64,000 nt of DNA from Amphiscolops sp. MND2022 (lineage: Eukaryota), in assembly GCA_964187785.1 (NCBI GenBank), contig OZ076420.1:2046001-2110000 (forward strand), written 5' to 3'. Made by a program: the position numbers and the translations under genes. The notes beneath the pieces are model-generated. The model saw only the letters and a list, made by a program, of their open reading frames with translations, did not search any database and was not told the DNA's origin. Of this stretch, positions 13,207 to 25,843 are shown in pieces (within the stretch, counting starts at the first letter, position 1; every line of letters starts with the position of its first letter).

Positions 13207-13437
13207 CCCAGCGTTTGAAATCTTGAATATCTTGCCAAGATTTTAAGAAAATCTTAAATTCTTGAATATCTTGGAAAGATCTTAGGTTTTATCTTAACAT
13301 CTTGAATTTCTTGGTAAGATCTTGGATTTCATCTTGGATATCTTGACAAGATCTTCGATTCTATCTTGGGTTTCTTCGAAGATCTTGCCAGAACTTGGCA
13401 AGATCTTGGCAAGATATTCACGATGTCGAACGCTGGG
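13207..13437. mobile_element. MITE, ~35-bp TIR (CCCAGCGTT...), TA flanks
   Basis: CCCAGCGTTTGAAATCTTGAATATCTTGCCAAGAT vs reverse complement of the right end (3 mismatches); TA on both sides; internal ATCTTG repeats. Confidence 0.85.
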
Positions 13438-14431
13438 TAACCAATAATTAAGCTGAATGGTACTTAATTAGTGAAGATTTCGAAAATAATGAATAATCAA
13501 AATCCGTAATGGCAAAATTATTTAGCAGAACAAAGAAAATTTGGAGCTATTTATTGATTTTTGCAACAATCCATGGGCTCGAGATTAACAAAAACGTCGA
13601 ACTTTTGAAAAATCAAGAAGAACGTCGAACTTCTTGCAAAAAAACTGGAAGGGAGAATAGGAAATCTGAAGCTGTTTATCAGAATTGTTGAAGTTATAGA
13701 GCTTTATTGAAGGTGTTTGTATGATATCATATGGCACAAATGCATTTTATACATCATCCTATAATGCTGCACCTAATTATCCAACAAGACTGTGAAAAAC
13801 TATAGTTTTATATATAAAAAATATAGTCTATGGACTATACTTCTCACAAGGGTACACCTTGTTTCTTATTTCCCCAACACGTAAACCACTTTTATACCAA
13901 AAAATCAGTTTTTAACGAATGAAAGTATTTGACATGGTTTCCAAACTACGAGTATTTTGGCTGGAGCTATTTTGACACAAAATTTGAGCAAAGTTTCAGG
14001 CCTGGAACAAGCTAAAATCGAAAATGAACCCAGTGTTAAAATATCTAAGAACTCTTGCCAAGAATCCCGCAAATTCTTGAAACCCTTGGTAAGATTCACG
14101 GTCCAAGATAGTTCAAGATCTTATCAATGGTTTTCCGAGATCTTGGCAAAAGTTTCATTGGGTTTCAACATTTTTCGGAAGGTAACTAAAAACTACTTGA
14201 AATTACAGAAGGTCAATATACTTTTTATACAATTTACTTTTTGCAGAAACTGATTGTTTCGAAACAAACTTCCGAAAAGTACCTGTGAAGTCGCTCTAAA
14301 TACTAAACCACGCTGAGGAACAAAAATTACACCTCTATGGTTACAGTATACAAAACGATGCCTTCTCATCAAATATTCCGTCAGTAATATTCTGAACGTA
14401 TCTGATCCTAAGAACTTGAAGATATCATCGT

Positions 14432-15250
14432 CCCGGGTTTTCGATCTTAGCGAATCTGCGCAGATCTGCAGAATGTTTGCAGAACTCTGCAGATATGTGC
14501 AGATTCGAAAATAAAGACTCTTTCAGAAACTCAATAAAAACCCCACAGCGATGTCAAACGAATAATAAATATATTTAAAACTGGGGAGATGTCTTATTTA
14601 TGTTAAAATGATGAAAAATTTTCTGCAGCAATCTGTATAGATCTGTAGAGATTCGCAGATCTTTACAGAGCCAAACAACGACCAATAAATTACTATAACG
14701 TATTCCGAATTACCAGCAATTATTAAAATTACTCCAACAAACCTTGTCCCGAAATATTACAACAACAACACTTTATCAACAAACCTATCAATACAGAAGG
14801 TTGCCACATGTCAAATTTCATCCGTCAAAACGAAGTCAATATGGAAACGAGTCTTTCAACGTTCGACAACCACTTCTGGAAAGTCGAGTGAAATGGATGA
14901 ACTACGGTGTATAAACAATACCGCACATTCTCCAGTCACCATAATTACCGTGATGGGGACAAATTTTCCTTCTCGAGAAATTTGAGTGATGGAGAGATTC
15001 AACTGACTAAACCTTGGTCAGCTAAAATACTCAATAAAGTAGTCGAAGAAGTCCAAAAATGCAGTAATTTGGTCATTTAGAAGCTGCAGAAAAACATATT
15101 TCTGCAAAAGCTTCAAAGACAACCTGCACACTTCTGTAACGATTCTGCAGATATGTTTGGTTCTTCAAGATTCAGTGCAACGATCTTTGCAGAACTCTGC
15201 AGAAAAAAACCTGCAGATCAGCACAGATTTGCAAAGGTGGGAAACCTGGG
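14432..15250. mobile_element. Older MITE-like element with imperfect ~40-bp TIRs and CTGCAG-rich subterminal repeats
   Basis: CCCGGGTTTTCGATCTTAGCGAATCTGCGCAGATCTGCAG vs CCCAGGTTTCCCACCTTTGCAAATCTGTGCTGATCTGCAG; TSD not intact. Confidence 0.6.
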
Positions 15251-17143
15251 ATCAGATACAAGTACATCATTGTATTTTGTGATACAAAACTTGGACCATG
15301 TTTCTTATCCGGCCGCTGGGGGGAAATAAGAGAGAAGGTTCCAAGACCATTATGTCGACATCGTTTGCGCTGAAATTTCTGTCCAATGAAATACTTGATG
15401 TCGACATAATCCTATCTTTTACATAGATTAACAGTTGAAAGTTGCTCATTTAATCTTATGGCAGAGAAACTTTGCGTTGAAATAGGGCCTTTTTATACGA
15501 TTAAAACCTGTTTCAAGCGTGAATGTTTGCTGTTTTGGACAATAATATCGAAACATTTAGGGTCAGTTTTTTTCTGGAAGTGGCAAAACTGCTGTAGAGA
15601 CAATCCTCTAAGTACTCACAACCATATAAAAGTCTCCTATTGGTGAAATCTTTTTCTTCGAGAATAAAATGTTCTTGCTTTTTGGGGGGATTCGAAACGA
15701 GGTGTACCTGGGGGATAAACACTTGGTTCCAATATTTACTTTGCCTATATGTTTCTCACAGTCAAACGGCCCCTCTTTGCTTGATTCATTTCATCGCAGT
15801 ATTAAAAATTGAACGATCTAGTTTTAGATATGACAAAAATTGCCAATGTTGCAGTTTCGATTTAATTTATGATTTTATTGGGAAGGTGAATTCATTTCCA
15901 GTGAAAGGCAAGAAGTTTTTTCTCGAATTTCGGAGACCCAAGCCAGAGAAAACTTGGAAATCAAGTTGTCAGTTAATGCTTTAACAAACAAAACATTCCT
16001 TTTTCAAAATCAGCTCTTTTGGAGATTTGTATTTTCTCACATGAGCTATTCTCACATGTCATGCCAGCATGATAGAAATATAGATTACTAAATATCTGTA
16101 ATGTAAATACTATGCCTTATGTACTTACTTATGGGCAATCTGATGTCATATAATAAGAGCTATGGTTGTGCGCAACCCTACGTTACTTGTACCTAACCCC
16201 TAAATTTCCACCTGAGTTTGAGCTATCTTTTTAATTAATACTGAGCACCCTAGTTCCGGTGTCCGCACATATGATTCATGCTATTTAGCAAAAGCGCTAT
16301 TTCACACTTGTGGTTTGTCACGATAAGGGAGAGAGTGGTTTTCGGTCAAACTGGACAGGCGGATGAGACAAATGGAATTTGTTACTTGTTTGGCAAGCTC
16401 CTGCCTCAGAGCGAACTAACGTGACAGTCCATCGTAAACATCGCTACTAATCTATTGAACCCTTAGACTGAACGGTAAACTGAATTTCGTCTATTTTCCA
16501 ACACTGCGACTGATTTTAGGATATAGTTAAAGTTTAGATTAGTGCGTTTCATGAGAATCCATCCTCATCAGCGATATCAGTTTAGTTAAATGCTCATGTA
16601 TTACGAGCGTAAATTCATCGGAAATCCATCAGCGGATTTGATTTTACTAAATTTCGACTTGGCTTCATCAATAGAAAGTCACATAACAAATTCACCAGCG
16701 AATTTGTTTAGTTGCTGTATCCACACTGTTTTCCTTTTCGTGCTCAAAAACAATCATTTATCCATCAACGTAACTAAGCGAGAATGAGAAAAGTACATCT
16801 TATTTCCATATATAAAAATGACTGAGCTGAATTGTTTGATATATTTAAAAGGTTCACTGTATTTACATCGATGATCCAGAAGTTCTGCTGAAATTGGTAG
16901 TGCTGATTAAAAGTTCATCATTTATACATCTGAATTACGGGTGTGTGCTGAAAATCACTTGTTCTGCTTGAAATTCATCATCAGTTCATCGTTTAGTTCA
17001 TTTAATGTGATTATGATTCATTACTGGCAGTATTGGTGCAGAAACTCATCGTGTCTACATCACCATAGTTACGATAATGCTGTGCAGGCAATCAGTGACC
17101 TGTAAACCAGTAATGATTCATACGCAATTGTGCAATATGCAAA

Positions 17144-17962
17144 TGTAACTTACGGGTAGGCCCACCAGCGGCAATTCGCACCACTGGTAGTCACGTGACT
17201 TACCAATTAGCACCAGTCACACGAACCAATAAGAAAAACGGATGGTAAGAATTTGAGTTTTACCATCCGAGCAGGACAAGCGAATTGCTAAAGAAAATCC
17301 GCCATGATTGATTAGTCAATGAGATTTGACAGCGAGTTACAGTATAGTCGGTACCTTTGGACCACCAAAATCATCTAAATTTCATCTTCTGCCTTGCATA
17401 TCCTGCCAACGAAGCACTGACAAGTTAATTTTACACTGAGAAAAACTGATATTATACAGATAAATTTCTTCGAATATTTGTAAATCCATCACTTTCGTAT
17501 CGCAAATTTGAAACCATTCAAAATCGTTAGTAAATCGCCCATTCCAATTGAGATTAGTGAATTATTTGCCCAGAGATCATAAAACCGAATTTACATCACT
17601 GAAATATAATACAATCCAGTCTTAATCCAAAATCATCTTTTCCTTATCACATGAGCGTAGATTGAGGAACCAGGCTTAGAAACGGCGAAATCATCGATCC
17701 AACATCTGAAACACCTTCCACTATTTCTCTTATGATAGACGAAGCAAATTCCGTAGATACTGACCACAGTGAAAACAATGACGCTTCCTCCCAACTTGCC
17801 GAAATTAGGGGAAATTACGAGAGGAAAATCAGTGGCCTGCAGTCAGAATTTAGTCAATTGAAGGACTTAATGATGGCTACTCTAAAGAAGTCTGATGACG
17901 ACAGCCACAAAATTAACGTCCAAGGTCTTTCAAAGCAGCCCAAGGTTGGGCTTGAGATCACA
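17144..17962 (+). mobile_element. Possible solo Gypsy LTR containing a gag-leader ORF (17732-17965)
   Basis: Starts TGTAAC, ends TCACA; acidic/coiled-coil ORF runs to the terminal CA, as in the LTRs of the 43944-60868 element; no matching TSD found. Confidence 0.35.
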
Positions 17963-20229
17963 TGAAATTTTTGGGACAAAATGTTATCGTATAACAATTT
18001 TCCGGAACAAATCTCCCATTTCTCGGTAAATTTCTTAGAACAACCTGACTTTTTGAAATTTGCAAGAAATCAAAACATTCAATGTATTCAAAGATTTCAT
18101 TGAACAAACAATGAATTGCAAATACTCAATCGCTTTTTGGAAACTGAGTTTTTAACAGAGTTAAGAAAGAATTAGATAAGTACAAAACATGATGATTGGA
18201 GTTGTTTAACAACCGCTATGGTGTTTCAATCTGAAAAAAGCTTTTTTTTGTTTTTTTTTATTTTTCAGCGTAAGAAAAACTAACAAGAGGCGCAGTGACA
18301 CTGTTGTCTTTTCCGTACCGTTACGGGACGCCTTTGAGCAAAAAACAGGCTTTTTCAAGTCACATGATCCGAAAACTAGTTCGTGCATATAAAACATCCA
18401 CATAGGAAGTAACAAGCCGGGATTCACCCAAGCTCAAGGATCAAAAAAGTAAAGTATTTTAAATATACAAAAGAACATTTGCTAAAATTTCATCAATTTT
18501 ACACTGCCAAAAAACACCACAAGGGATACGCATAAGACTGGAAAACCACTTTTTCCCCAACTGAAGCCTTAAAAAATCATTTGCTCCACAGAAAACCTCT
18601 CAAAAACGAAAAATTGAGGACAAAAATATTTCGATTTTTTTCAAAAAGTTCTTTGATGAAGGTATCCGGTAAATCGAATTGTGTCGAAAACCCTAAGAAG
18701 TCCGCTATGCTTGGAAAACGATTCGTTTCCAGTGAAAATTGAGGGAGGTTTCGATAGAAACAAATTAGAAAACGTCGGTGTTGAAAAAAAAACAAAAATT
18801 CTTATATATTGTGCTGAGAAAACCTAATTTGAAAACAAAAAATAATCGTTTTCAAAAATCTTACGATGCCAAAAATTGTAGACGCGGGCCCTTTGGGCTT
18901 TTTGAAAATCCAATTCGTTGCAAATTATCAAAAAAATTGAAATAAGCGTAAAAATTTTGGTCTAGTGCAGATTCCAACCCACATTCTTCTGATTTTCAGA
19001 TCTCAAAAAAATCCTGATTAACCTCTGTACCAAGTGGCAATAGACGTTACAAGTTACTAAGCAACAGCTTGTTAAATCTGTCAGTTCGTCGGTCTTAAAA
19101 TTAAAAAAGTCACAACTATAGTCAGTCTGCTCTTTGTACGAACGAGCCGAATTAATTTCGGGCTCGTGATAGTTCCTGCAACCAAAAAGTTGATAACAAT
19201 TTAAACAAGTTCAAGGCATAAATTTCCAGACCAAACCAAAAGAATGACCGTAAAAGTGCTCCCAATTGCAACCATTTTCTGAAACACTTTTAGAACTTTA
19301 ATTGGCGCTATTTGAATCAGAAAAGTTTCATCGAAGGACCCCCGTTTTCACGTGTGCTAGTCTGAAGGTTATCACCTTGGCAATTTCGAATAAACTTCCA
19401 AAACAACTTTTAAAGGAGAATTTTCTGAAAACATTTTTCAATGTTCTTTTTTGAAAAGTTTCAAAAAAGTTTGATTTTTGTTGGTTTCAGTTAGAGAAAA
19501 AGCAGCTCTCAAGTCTGAACTTTTTGGTTTTTCCGAACGATAATGAACTCAGCATATTCGATTAGGAAGCATCCAAACCTTTTTAAAGACCCCGCTTAGA
19601 ATATGGCGAACAGAGCTCGTTTTGTTTTCATGTGATTGCAATTTATAAAAACATTCGAGACAGAGGTCCCTTTGTTTTATCAAGTTTTTTTAATGTGCCA
19701 AATAATCCAGGGCACCCGTTGGATTTTTTTCTGGTCATTGGGCCGAAATTAGTGAAAGACTGTGAAAAAAGTTAACATTTTTGATGTCCTTGAAAAAACT
19801 CACTGTTTGAGTGAGAATCAAAACAATGTCGGTCCCTAATCAGAATCAGCACCTTGTATGGGTACCCAAAGTCGGTACCCAATCAATAGCGAGCAGGCCC
19901 AGTCGAAAAAACTGAGGGGTCGTCTGTGTATGTATCCATTAACATCAAAAGTCAACACAATATGATCGAAGTCGGTGCTTTAATAAATATAAGGTAATAT
20001 AGGCTTGAATGAAAAGAAATTTTTTGGTACAAAGATGTAACAAATCCTAATTGTTATCAAATACCCTGGCAAAACTGTAGAGTGGAAGATTGAATTAAGT
20101 AATAAAGAAACAACCTGCCAAAGTGAATTGAACTAGCAAAACAAAGAATCTGCCACAACGTCGATATCATACAATTCAATCACTTGCTAGCAAATTCCGT
20201 TTTCATCGCAAATTTAGTTAGTCGTCGAC

Positions 20230-21406
20230 ATGGCGCTGCGAGCAAATGATAATGATGACAATTCTAACTCTCCAATGCCCGGTTGTCTTGAAACGGCAAA
20301 GGTTATATGTTTATATCGGTCAAGAAACGAGGATAAAGGGAGAACCAGTGTGTGCAGTGAGTGGAAGTCGCCAGAATACGAAAGAAAGTTGGGGATGTGG
20401 AGCAGGAGATTTCACGCTAGGCCGTTTGCCTAATCATGCAAAGGACCAGAGTCGTTCTGTAATTATTGCGGTAAAAAGGCCCACTTAGAAAGAGTGTGTA
20501 ATCTGAAGAGAAAGGACCGCACAACAAAGCGGCAAGTTGTTCAAAGTCAATGGCAATCGCGATCAATTCAACAAACGAGTGCAACTGTTCGATCAGGAAG
20601 AATATGACGATGATGACAAAAACTACACAGTACTGAATGTTGAAGGCGACGAATAGAATGTAAAGCCATTTTACATGCAAGGATTTTTTAACGGGATTTT
20701 TTTAAGATAGAAAACAATGATAGATTCAGGATCGCCGGTGACAATTTTTGCATTCGATTAACGGAAGAATATAATGAAACGTGACAATCTGCAAGTCCGT
20801 AACATGATGCAGGGCACGAAGTAAGTGGATTTGAACAGAGAACAACTTAAAGTTACTAGGATATGTATTCCGTGAGTTGCAAGAGTTCCGGAAAAGAAGA
20901 GATAAAGAGCGAAATTGTCAGAAGCGAAGACGAAGCAAACAGAGAATGCCAAAATGAGGAAGCAGAACGGATAGAAGAGACAAAAGTGAAGGCTGCTCAG
21001 ACAGTCCCAGTAGAAGGATCAGTCAAGTGGGAAATGAGCGCTAACCGAACATCAAGCAGAACAAAGGAAAAACACGATTGGCTGGGACAACACGTAATGG
21101 TAGCATAACTCGAGCCATCATCGAGTGTTGAGGAATTAGAAGTATGTCTTCCCACCGTGTACGAGATCACAAAACTCGGAGAGCATTAAACTGTTTTAAA
21201 CTTTTTATAAACTATCGTGTTGTTGTAACAAGGAGTGTGTTCCATTCACGTTATTTAGGGCGCTAGTATGATTTTGATTGATTAGTGAACCACCAACAAT
21301 GGCAGTCTTAGATAGTATAATATTTTATATACATATGTAACATTGGTGTAAAACTCTTGATGAAATTTGGTGTCATTGTTGTATATCGTCGTTACCCGAT
21401 CCCACA
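20230..21406 (+). mobile_element. Internally deleted Gypsy remnant (gag zinc knuckle, protease, pol tail, putative short LTR 21236-21406)
   Basis: CNYCGKKAHLERVC (Cx2Cx4Hx4C) from 20458; IDSGSPVTIF near 20719; AAGGAG then TG...CA segment. Confidence 0.6.
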
Positions 21407-22434
21407 GCAAAATTGACTACCTTTCAGTCGTTTCAGTCGGTGATTACCTTTCGAATTGTCAAAGTTTTATAAATTTCATTGCTTTCTGACGTCGTAGAGA
21501 CTCCCTCCGGTTTTTATGTTTTCAGTTAAATAAACGCCTTTTGCAAGCCGAAATGTCTCATCTTTGTGTAGTTTCGGCACTGTGAGATTCATCAGAATTT
21601 TCTCAATAATTGGTGTTGAGCATATTTAAAACATTTAGCTCTCTTTGAGCCCTAAGTGGCGTGCCAATTCAAATTGTTTCCGGGGTTTCTTCGATTGTGA
21701 AAGTAAACAGACTAGCGAAACAGATATTCTTGACATGAAGCCAGTGAGTATTTACTAATTAATCGTGAACCCGGTCGAACACCAATACATTTTCTCCGAT
21801 TTCATTTCCAACTACTTGGAAGACAATGCATTATTCTTGCAGGTATCTTGTCTGATCTGACAGAATCTGACAGGTTTGTGTGAAATGTAAGAAACTTGCA
21901 AAATTCTTCCATATAATGTCTGGTATGTTCCACTTCTGCAAGATTCTTGCAAAAAATGTATGGCAGTTCGACTAGGGAAGGATTGAGAAAACATCAAATG
22001 TTACAATGGAATACATTTGTAGAAAAAGCTTCAGAGGCCTAAATTCAATTGGAATCTTGCTTGTTTCAAAATAATTATGCCTTCTTTATTTCTTTTGGGA
22101 CTGTCCAATTGAAGATTGTTGTTTTTGTGTGTGGTCTTTAGTGAATTGTTGTTCGTTGTTTAACTGGTAGTTGTCCAATTGTTGTGAGACGTGGTGTGTT
22201 CGTTGGAGAAGTTCTTTCTTGACAGAATTGATCCACGTGCTTTCTTTCCACGTCGAAGGATCCGAGCAAGTTTTCCTGTTACTCTCAAATTGGCCCCCTC
22301 TGAAATGGAGATGTGGTTTTTTGAAACCAAGCAAAACTACTGAAGTTACCATGTAAGAAAATCCTATTCTTACCCAAAGATACGTCTGCGAAATGAGTTA
22401 CATAAGGACTTGTTAAACAAGAAACCAACCCCTA

Positions 22435-22906
22435 TTTTCAGTCAGCGCCTTTTCCCTTAAGGAGATAACCCGACTATTACAGTGAGTAGTTTTTTTCAGT
22501 TGACAATCTCACTCTGAGTGGTCCACTTTTTACAATTTGCTCATTTATTCAACTTCGACCAATTTTCTGAACCCGGAGAGCGTGGGTTCGATTCTCGCAC
22601 TAAACCACGAATTTTTTATGCTTCCAAAAGTAGAGGCGAGATCAAAGGGTCTACCCTTTGGGTTTTTTCGGCACTACGCGACTTTTTTCGAATTTTTTAA
22701 AATTTTTGAAATCCATCAAAGGGTACCCCTTGCATTTTTTTTGGTTTGTAAAAATGTTTAACGAGCCTAAATGGCCTCTTTTTGAGTTTTTCGGCATTGT
22801 GCGACTTAAAAAGAAAATTAAATCTTTCCAAAAGTTTCCAATAGTTGTTCCTTGAATATTTTTGAGCCTTAGATATGGCGCCGACTTGGGACGTTCCCGT
22901 CTTGTT
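22435..22906 (+). mobile_element. HINE/Helentron-like element copy
   Basis: TTTTCAGTCAGCGCC start; GCGCCGACT sub-TIR, GACG-TTCC-CGTC stem-loop, CTTGTT end. Confidence 0.65.
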
Positions 22907-23939
22907 CGCTTGTGGAATGAACAATCATTTTTTACGGATATATGTGCAGTTGTTGGAAATCTGGTCGCGTCATGACGACCCATTCAACAATTTGTGCTCT
23001 TTTGAGTGCCTTCTCACACCCAGTTGAGACTGCCTGAGTTTTTTACATGCCGCAGGCCTGCAATTTTGTTTATAAAACTCAGAAAGTTCATCAATGAACT
23101 TCCGGTGGTAAATCATGTACAAATACGATGCATTTTCCACTAGTGCTAATAAATTTGAAAATAAAATCCACTTCGTTACCGACACAATCACTTTGTATTT
23201 ACACTCTGTTTTCTCATCTACTCATTTGATGTGATCACTGCTTCTCCATTAGCACGCTAAACATGATGCTAATTTGCAGCGACAAAATTTACGTCTAACA
23301 ATATATCATAACGGTAATTTTTTACACCACTGCAGGTACTGTGCGTTAAATTAGCGGTGAAACGGTGTCGGGTCACAAGTGCGAAAGAATAAAATTAAAG
23401 TTTTATCGTTCAATAAGATTTCAGGAATCCAGCGTAAGAACTACTTAGCACTGTATAATTCTCTGCAATCTGATTGGCTGACGCGGGCGGACCGGAACGA
23501 ATTCCGTTCAAAGAATTTAAAAAACGAATTTTACAATTTCCCCTAGTCAGCTTTGTTCACATACTCCTAGTGCCCTAAATGCAGGAGCGAAGCGAAGCGG
23601 GGCGACGTGCCATATGGCCATGCCTCAATGTTTGCTACTTGGCGAAGGGAGCGAAGCGACCGAGCCATACAACAAATATGATATGTATTTTTTCGGACTT
23701 GTGCAACCCAAATTTATTTCGGACTTGTGAATAGCCGCCGGTAGAGCTGATAGCAACTCATTCAGCAACTGATGACACTTACAAAATTTCAAGGCTTAAA
23801 ATTGCTGCCTGGAGTTTAACTACTGAACGTTAATTTACTACTAAACAACTAGACCGGCAAACGAACGGGGAGCGCATTTAAGATAGTGCAAAGGGTCCTA
23901 GGTTCTAGTGCAAAGTTCAAGGTAACCTACAAAACCGGA

Positions 23940-24418
23940 CGAGACTATAGGGTCCCCCCTTTGAGTTTTTTTCGGCACTGTGCGACTTTTTTCGATTTTT
24001 TTTGTCTCCAAAGGGTCCCCCTTCAAGTTTTTTGATATTTTACAGCAAACTGAAGTTTGGAAAAGCCCAAAGGGTCTCCCCTTCCAAGTTTTTCGGCACT
24101 CTGAGGCTGGCTCAAAACTCGTATTTTTTTCGATTTTCGTTTTTTCGAAAATTTCCTAATGTCTCGAAAGGGTCCCCCTCAATTTTTAAAATGTTTTGCA
24201 ACATAATAGATATTTCACAATCCCAAGGGGTCCTCACTTTTAGATTTTTTGGCACTATGAGACTGTTCAAAATTGTTATTTTTTGTCTGAAATTAGGTTT
24301 TCTCAGTATATATCTACTAATATTTTTTCCCAAACTATCCGAAACTTGGACGTACTATCCTTAGTAAAGCGCTATATCCGAATTTTTGACGTTATATCCG
24401 AATTATATTCCGTTATAC
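23940..24418 (+). repeat. 5' part of a HINE-family repeat interrupted by the giant LTR element; continues at 43196-43385
   Basis: GGGTCCCC-type internal repeats; GCTATATCCG motif on both sides of the insertion; CGTTCCCGTCTTGTT end at 43385. Confidence 0.5.
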
Positions 24419-24764
24419 TGATATACCATGATTGATGCTATACTATAAATTATATTTATCCCCCCGCCCCGTGTATGTCTAGACTGTAAAACTACAATTG
24501 TACTCCATTCATATTCTAGATGTAAAATGATTGATGTAACCACTTTATATTCAATACCATAGATCGATGTAACTAATTTATATTCAATACTATAAACCTT
24601 CATTTAGAACACAACTTGAATTGACTCTTCACCGATTAGTTGTCTTCACTTTAAGACCTAATAACTGCAGCTCTATTAGTGTCTCTTAAAGTACTAATCG
24701 TAACATCAATAAAAAGATTCAATTCCTCGTATAACTAAAATACCAACTACAACCAAGTACTTTA
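24419..24764 (+). repeat. 5' LTR (TG...TA); TATAAA 24591, AATAAA 24708, 33-bp internal duplication 24533-24594
   Basis: Matches 42846-43191 except at 2 substitutions. Confidence 0.97.
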
Positions 24765-24766
24765 AC

Positions 24767-24778
24767 TGGTGCGACCAG
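24767..24778 (+). promoter_or_regulatory. Primer-binding site TGGTGCGACCAG (tRNA unassigned)
   Basis: TGG starts 2 nt after the LTR end. Confidence 0.75.
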
Positions 24779-24844
24779 CTCATTTCTTTCCTTCTCCTAA
24801 AACACTTTCTTCTTATTTCTCATTTTCCTTTCAAACAAACTTTC

Positions 24845-25093
24845 TGTACTAATCACACAACGTGATTCGACTCATTGTCGGTACACATCTGAAGTCTTCT
24901 GTACTAATCACCTTCCGTGGTTCGACCTAGTAGTCGGTACATTTCTTTCTGTACTAATCACTTTCACGTGATTCAGCTTTTTGCTGGTACACTATTCTTT
25001 CTGTACTAATCACCTTTTGTGATTCAGCTCCGTGCTGGTACAATCTCCCCTTCTGTACTAATCACCTTTGTGATTCAGCTTTCCGCTGGTACA
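24845..25093 (+). ncRNA. Array of five ~41-nt three-way-junction structural units in the 5' leader
   Basis: Each unit is TGTAC-T-[AATCAC loop GTGATT]-[CGAC/CAGC loop GTCG/GCTG]-GTACA, with conserved or compensated stems and variable loops. Confidence 0.8.
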
Positions 25094-25231
25094 TTTCCTT
25101 TTTCCCCTTAACCCCTTGTATCTTAGTTCGCCTGTAACGGCTCCACCTTTTCAACCCTTCTCCTTTCATTTTATATCATTTCCCTTCTTATTTTAAACAT
25201 CTCTCCATTTTCATCTTTTCCAAAATTTTCT

Positions 25232-25372
25232 ATGCCTTCTCTCAATGACTCTGTTTGTATTTGCCTAATACTCCTTTACTTTCTTGGTCTCTGTGCCATT
25301 GTTCTTCTTCTTCTTCTTGACAAATTTATTCTTCCTTTCATTCCCCATGTTTTTGACCAATATCGAACATAA
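25232..25372 (+). CDS. uORF1, 46-aa single-pass membrane peptide (MPSLNDSVCICLILLYFLGLCAIVLLLLLDKF...)
   Basis: First ATG downstream of the LTR TATA box; ~22-aa hydrophobic run then DK; G residues fall mostly in first codon positions. Confidence 0.45.
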   Translation: MPSLNDSVCICLILLYFLGLCAIVLLLLLDKFILPFIPHVFDQYRT

Positions 25373-25381
25373 TCTTTTTTA

Positions 25382-25495
25382 ATGTTCCTCACTGAAAACC
25401 TCGCCACTATCATCCTTTTCGTTTCCTACATTTTTGCAATGCTTGTTTTTTTAATGCTCCTCATTGAAAAAATTGTTGCATCCCTTTTTCACTAA
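25382..25495 (+). CDS. uORF2, 37-aa membrane peptide (MFLTENLATIILFVSYIFAMLVFLMLLIEKIVASLFH)
   Basis: Same frame as uORF1, 9 nt downstream; similar layout (Y...hydrophobic...EK). Confidence 0.45.
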   Translation: MFLTENLATIILFVSYIFAMLVFLMLLIEKIVASLFH

Positions 25496-25606
25496 TTCCC
25501 CTTTCTTCTGAAATTCCCTATCTCCTTCTCCCTTCTCCCCTTTCTACTTCCCCTTATTTCCTTTCTTCCTTTTATTACTTTCCTTTCTTTTCTCCTCCAC
25601 CTTTAT

Positions 25607-25843
25607 ATGAACCTCCTTTTTCTTCACTATAACCCCTTCTTCGCTCTTTTTCAACTTGTCTTCATTTCCTTTTTTCTTATTATAATACCCATATACATTC
25701 ATTCGTTTCTCTCTTCATTTTATTTTGCCCTCTTTAAAATAATTCATCGTTATTTCTTCCCTCTCCCAATTGAACCGTCAATTCACCCTGATATTATTAT
25801 GGATTGGATTTGGTTACATTATTTCCCTCATAGACACTCCTAA
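25607..25843 (+). CDS. uORF3, 78-aa hydrophobic protein whose stop overlaps the gag start (TAATG)
   Basis: TAA 25841-25843 overlaps ATG 25843-25845. Confidence 0.45.
   Translation: MNLLFLHYNPFFALFQLVFISFFLIIIPIYIHSFLSSFYFALFKIIHRYFFPLPIEPSIHPDIIMDWIWLHYFPHRHS

Noticed and set aside
16040-16502. Possible solo LTR (TGTCA...CAACA)
   Set aside because: No matching TSD or second copy in the window
24403-24603. 66-aa antisense ORF repeated at 42830-43030
   Set aside because: Duplicated only because it lies in the LTRs; it overruns the LTR boundary and has no coding hallmarks
24845-25093. Leader array as a CRISPR array or hammerhead ribozymes
   Set aside because: Variable parts are only 4-14 nt, there are no cas genes and the context is eukaryotic; no CUGANGA/GAAA catalytic core in junction positions on either strand
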